A DNA stretch of 64,000 nucleotides from NCBI RefSeq assembly GCF_009834535.1, contig NC_045717.1, positions 19,778,001 through 19,842,000 on the forward strand. Reading direction: 5' to 3'. The stretch is from Camelus ferus (taxonomy: Eukaryota). Shown in pieces: positions 62,200 through 64,000 of the stretch (positions are counted from its first letter, which is position 1; every line of letters starts with the position of its first letter). The position numbers were made by a program, and so were the translations under genes. The notes under the pieces were generated by a model. The model had not been told where the DNA came from. It made no database searches and saw only the letters and a list, made by a program, of their open reading frames with translations.

Positions 62200-64000
62200 A
62201 GTTGTCCATATATGTTGCAAACTCATGGGCAACTACTGAAAAGTGTGTAATAAGCTAAAAGAGAACTAACGGAATCACGTAAAATGCTCAATAAAAGGTA
62301 GAGAAGGCAGAAGAAAGGTGGAAAAGGATTAAAAAGAACAAAGAACAAAGGGAACAAACAGAAAAGAGCAGCAATGTGTTAGATGTTAATCCACTGTATC
62401 AACAAGCACTTTAAACATCAAAGGTCTACACACAGCACATGAAAGACAGCAACTGTCAAGTGGTAACAAAGTAACGGCGGTGCGCTGCCTACAACCATCA
62501 TTTTAGATACAAAGACACAGGTAAGTGAGAAGTAAAGGATGGTGAAAGATACACCAAGACAACACCAAACAAAAGAAAGCTGGTACAGCTGTATTAATTT
62601 CAGATAAAGCCGACTTCAGAGCAAGGAAAACCCACACCGATAAAGAGGAACATTACATAATGACGAAAGTGCCAATTTTCCAAGAAGACATGCAATACTT
62701 AGCGTCTACATGCATAACAACACATAGGCAAAATACACGAGGGAAAAAATACTAGAACTGCATGGAGAACCAGATGACTCCACCCTGACAGCTGGAGACT
62801 TCCACCTCTGCCCTCACCAGCAGGCAGAAAGTCAGGAAGCACACAGCGAAATGAAACAGCGCCATCAAGCAAGTGCATTTAATTGAAATCCATGCACTAC
62901 TTTATCCAAACACAGCAGAACACACATTCTTCCCCAGGTCACATGGAACACTCACCAAGACAGACCACATTCTGGGACGTAAAATTCACCTTACATTTGA
63001 AAAAGAGCGATCTTATAAGATATGCTCACAGACCACAATGGTATTAATATTTAGAAATCAGTAACAGAGTTGGAAAATGCCCAAGTACTTGGAGATTAAA
63101 TAACATCCTTTTAAATCACACATGGGCCAGTAAGGGAGTGACGTCAGCAAGACTGTGAAATAGCAATTTTCTACTGTCATCTCCCCACAGTGCACTGATT
63201 CAGACTATCAGCCAAGGAAGAAAGTGCCTCTGGAAGTCAGGGAGCCCAGTGGAGAAGTCTGAGCACACCACCGGGGCAGAAAATCCAGGAACAGACACAA
63301 GAAGGGGAAGAACAGTTTCACTCCTCGCAAAGGTGGCAGAGCTCAAGCCCACGAGCTCCCCTGGGCCCGGGATTCCTCCCCTGGGGAAAGGGAGAGCGTG
63401 GTGAGTGAGCACCTGGCTTCCCCAGTGGGGTGGGACGCTGCCCCCAGGCTTGGTGATTTCTCGGCTCACTGAGAATACGAAGGGGATCGGGACAGCTGAG
63501 CGGCTGGAAGGCTGGGAGCAGGGGAGGGCTGCAAGGACCCGCAGCAGCCCAGGCTCAGAGCTCAACGAGCCAGCCACCCACAGGCTCCCTCAGGGGCTTG
63601 CATTTCAGCCACTCGGGATGGGGTGTCTGCAGATGCTCCAGCTGGTGCACAGGCACACCCAATGCTCTGCACACCTCACTCCCCCGCCCTCCCACCCCCG
63701 GGCAGCGCCAAGGATGTGCTCCAGAAGGCGCGCGCAAGCCTCTCCAGTGTCCTGCAAACACGTGCACTCAGCTGGCTCAACTCAGCGGGACTGGAAGTCC
63801 TGAGTGTCTCCGGAGACGACCTCTCAGGAAAACAAACGGGGGCTCTCAGTGCCCCGCCTGGTTGCGAGGGATCAAAAGAAGGCACATGATCTTAGGAATT
63901 CTTGCTAAGGAGGGAGCAAGAGTTGTGGGCAGGCGGTCATAAGTAAGGTCTGACAGTCTCAGAATTCCCAGCTGGGCTGACCCGTTAAACTGTTTCTTTC
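62200..64000 (+). mobile_element. Decayed L1 fragments (endonuclease region, then a 5' UTR-like segment)
   Basis: AAGCTGG..CAGCTGTATTAATTTCAGATAAAG..GACTTCAGAGCAAGG and ACATTCTTC.CAGG.CACATGGAACA.TCACCAAGA.AGACCACAT are L1 ORF2 endonuclease motifs. Confidence 0.65.

Noticed and set aside
58420-64000. Start of a divergent + strand ZNF490-like gene
   Set aside because: A donor-like AAG|GTAAGC occurs near 58748, but I found no recognisable ZNF490 leader or KRAB exon. The region is LTR and L1 debris, so no gene is called.

Overview
This is mammalian genomic DNA, probably camelid: a tRNA-Ala-derived, Vic-1-like SINE recurs throughout. It is syntenic with human 19p13.2/13.13. Five spliced protein-coding genes can be rebuilt exon by exon: DHPS (+, 369 aa), WDR83 (-, 315 aa), WDR83OS/Asterix (+, 106 aa), MAN2B1 (+, 24 exons, ~1007 aa) and a ZNF791-like KRAB-C2H2 gene (-, 18 fingers), whose KRAB-A exon falls almost entirely in an N gap. 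Three structures are not explained by these genes. (1) A 6.67-kb two-LTR, decayed ERV1-type provirus with a tRNA-Leu PBS sits 22 bp after the first splice donor of WDR83OS. (2) A ~2.8-kb degenerate tandem array of ~110-bp units (about 20+ copies) lies just downstream of MAN2B1. (3) An orphan KRAB-ZNF promoter/exon-1 module at 36.1-38.2 kb is an inverted paralogue of the ZNF791-like 5' end, and it carries an antisense segment resembling the human ZNF490 N-terminal exon. The rest is largely SINE, L1, MaLR, ERV1 and ERVL debris. All coordinates were read by eye. Repeat-family names and human comparisons come from recalled knowledge and need database confirmation.
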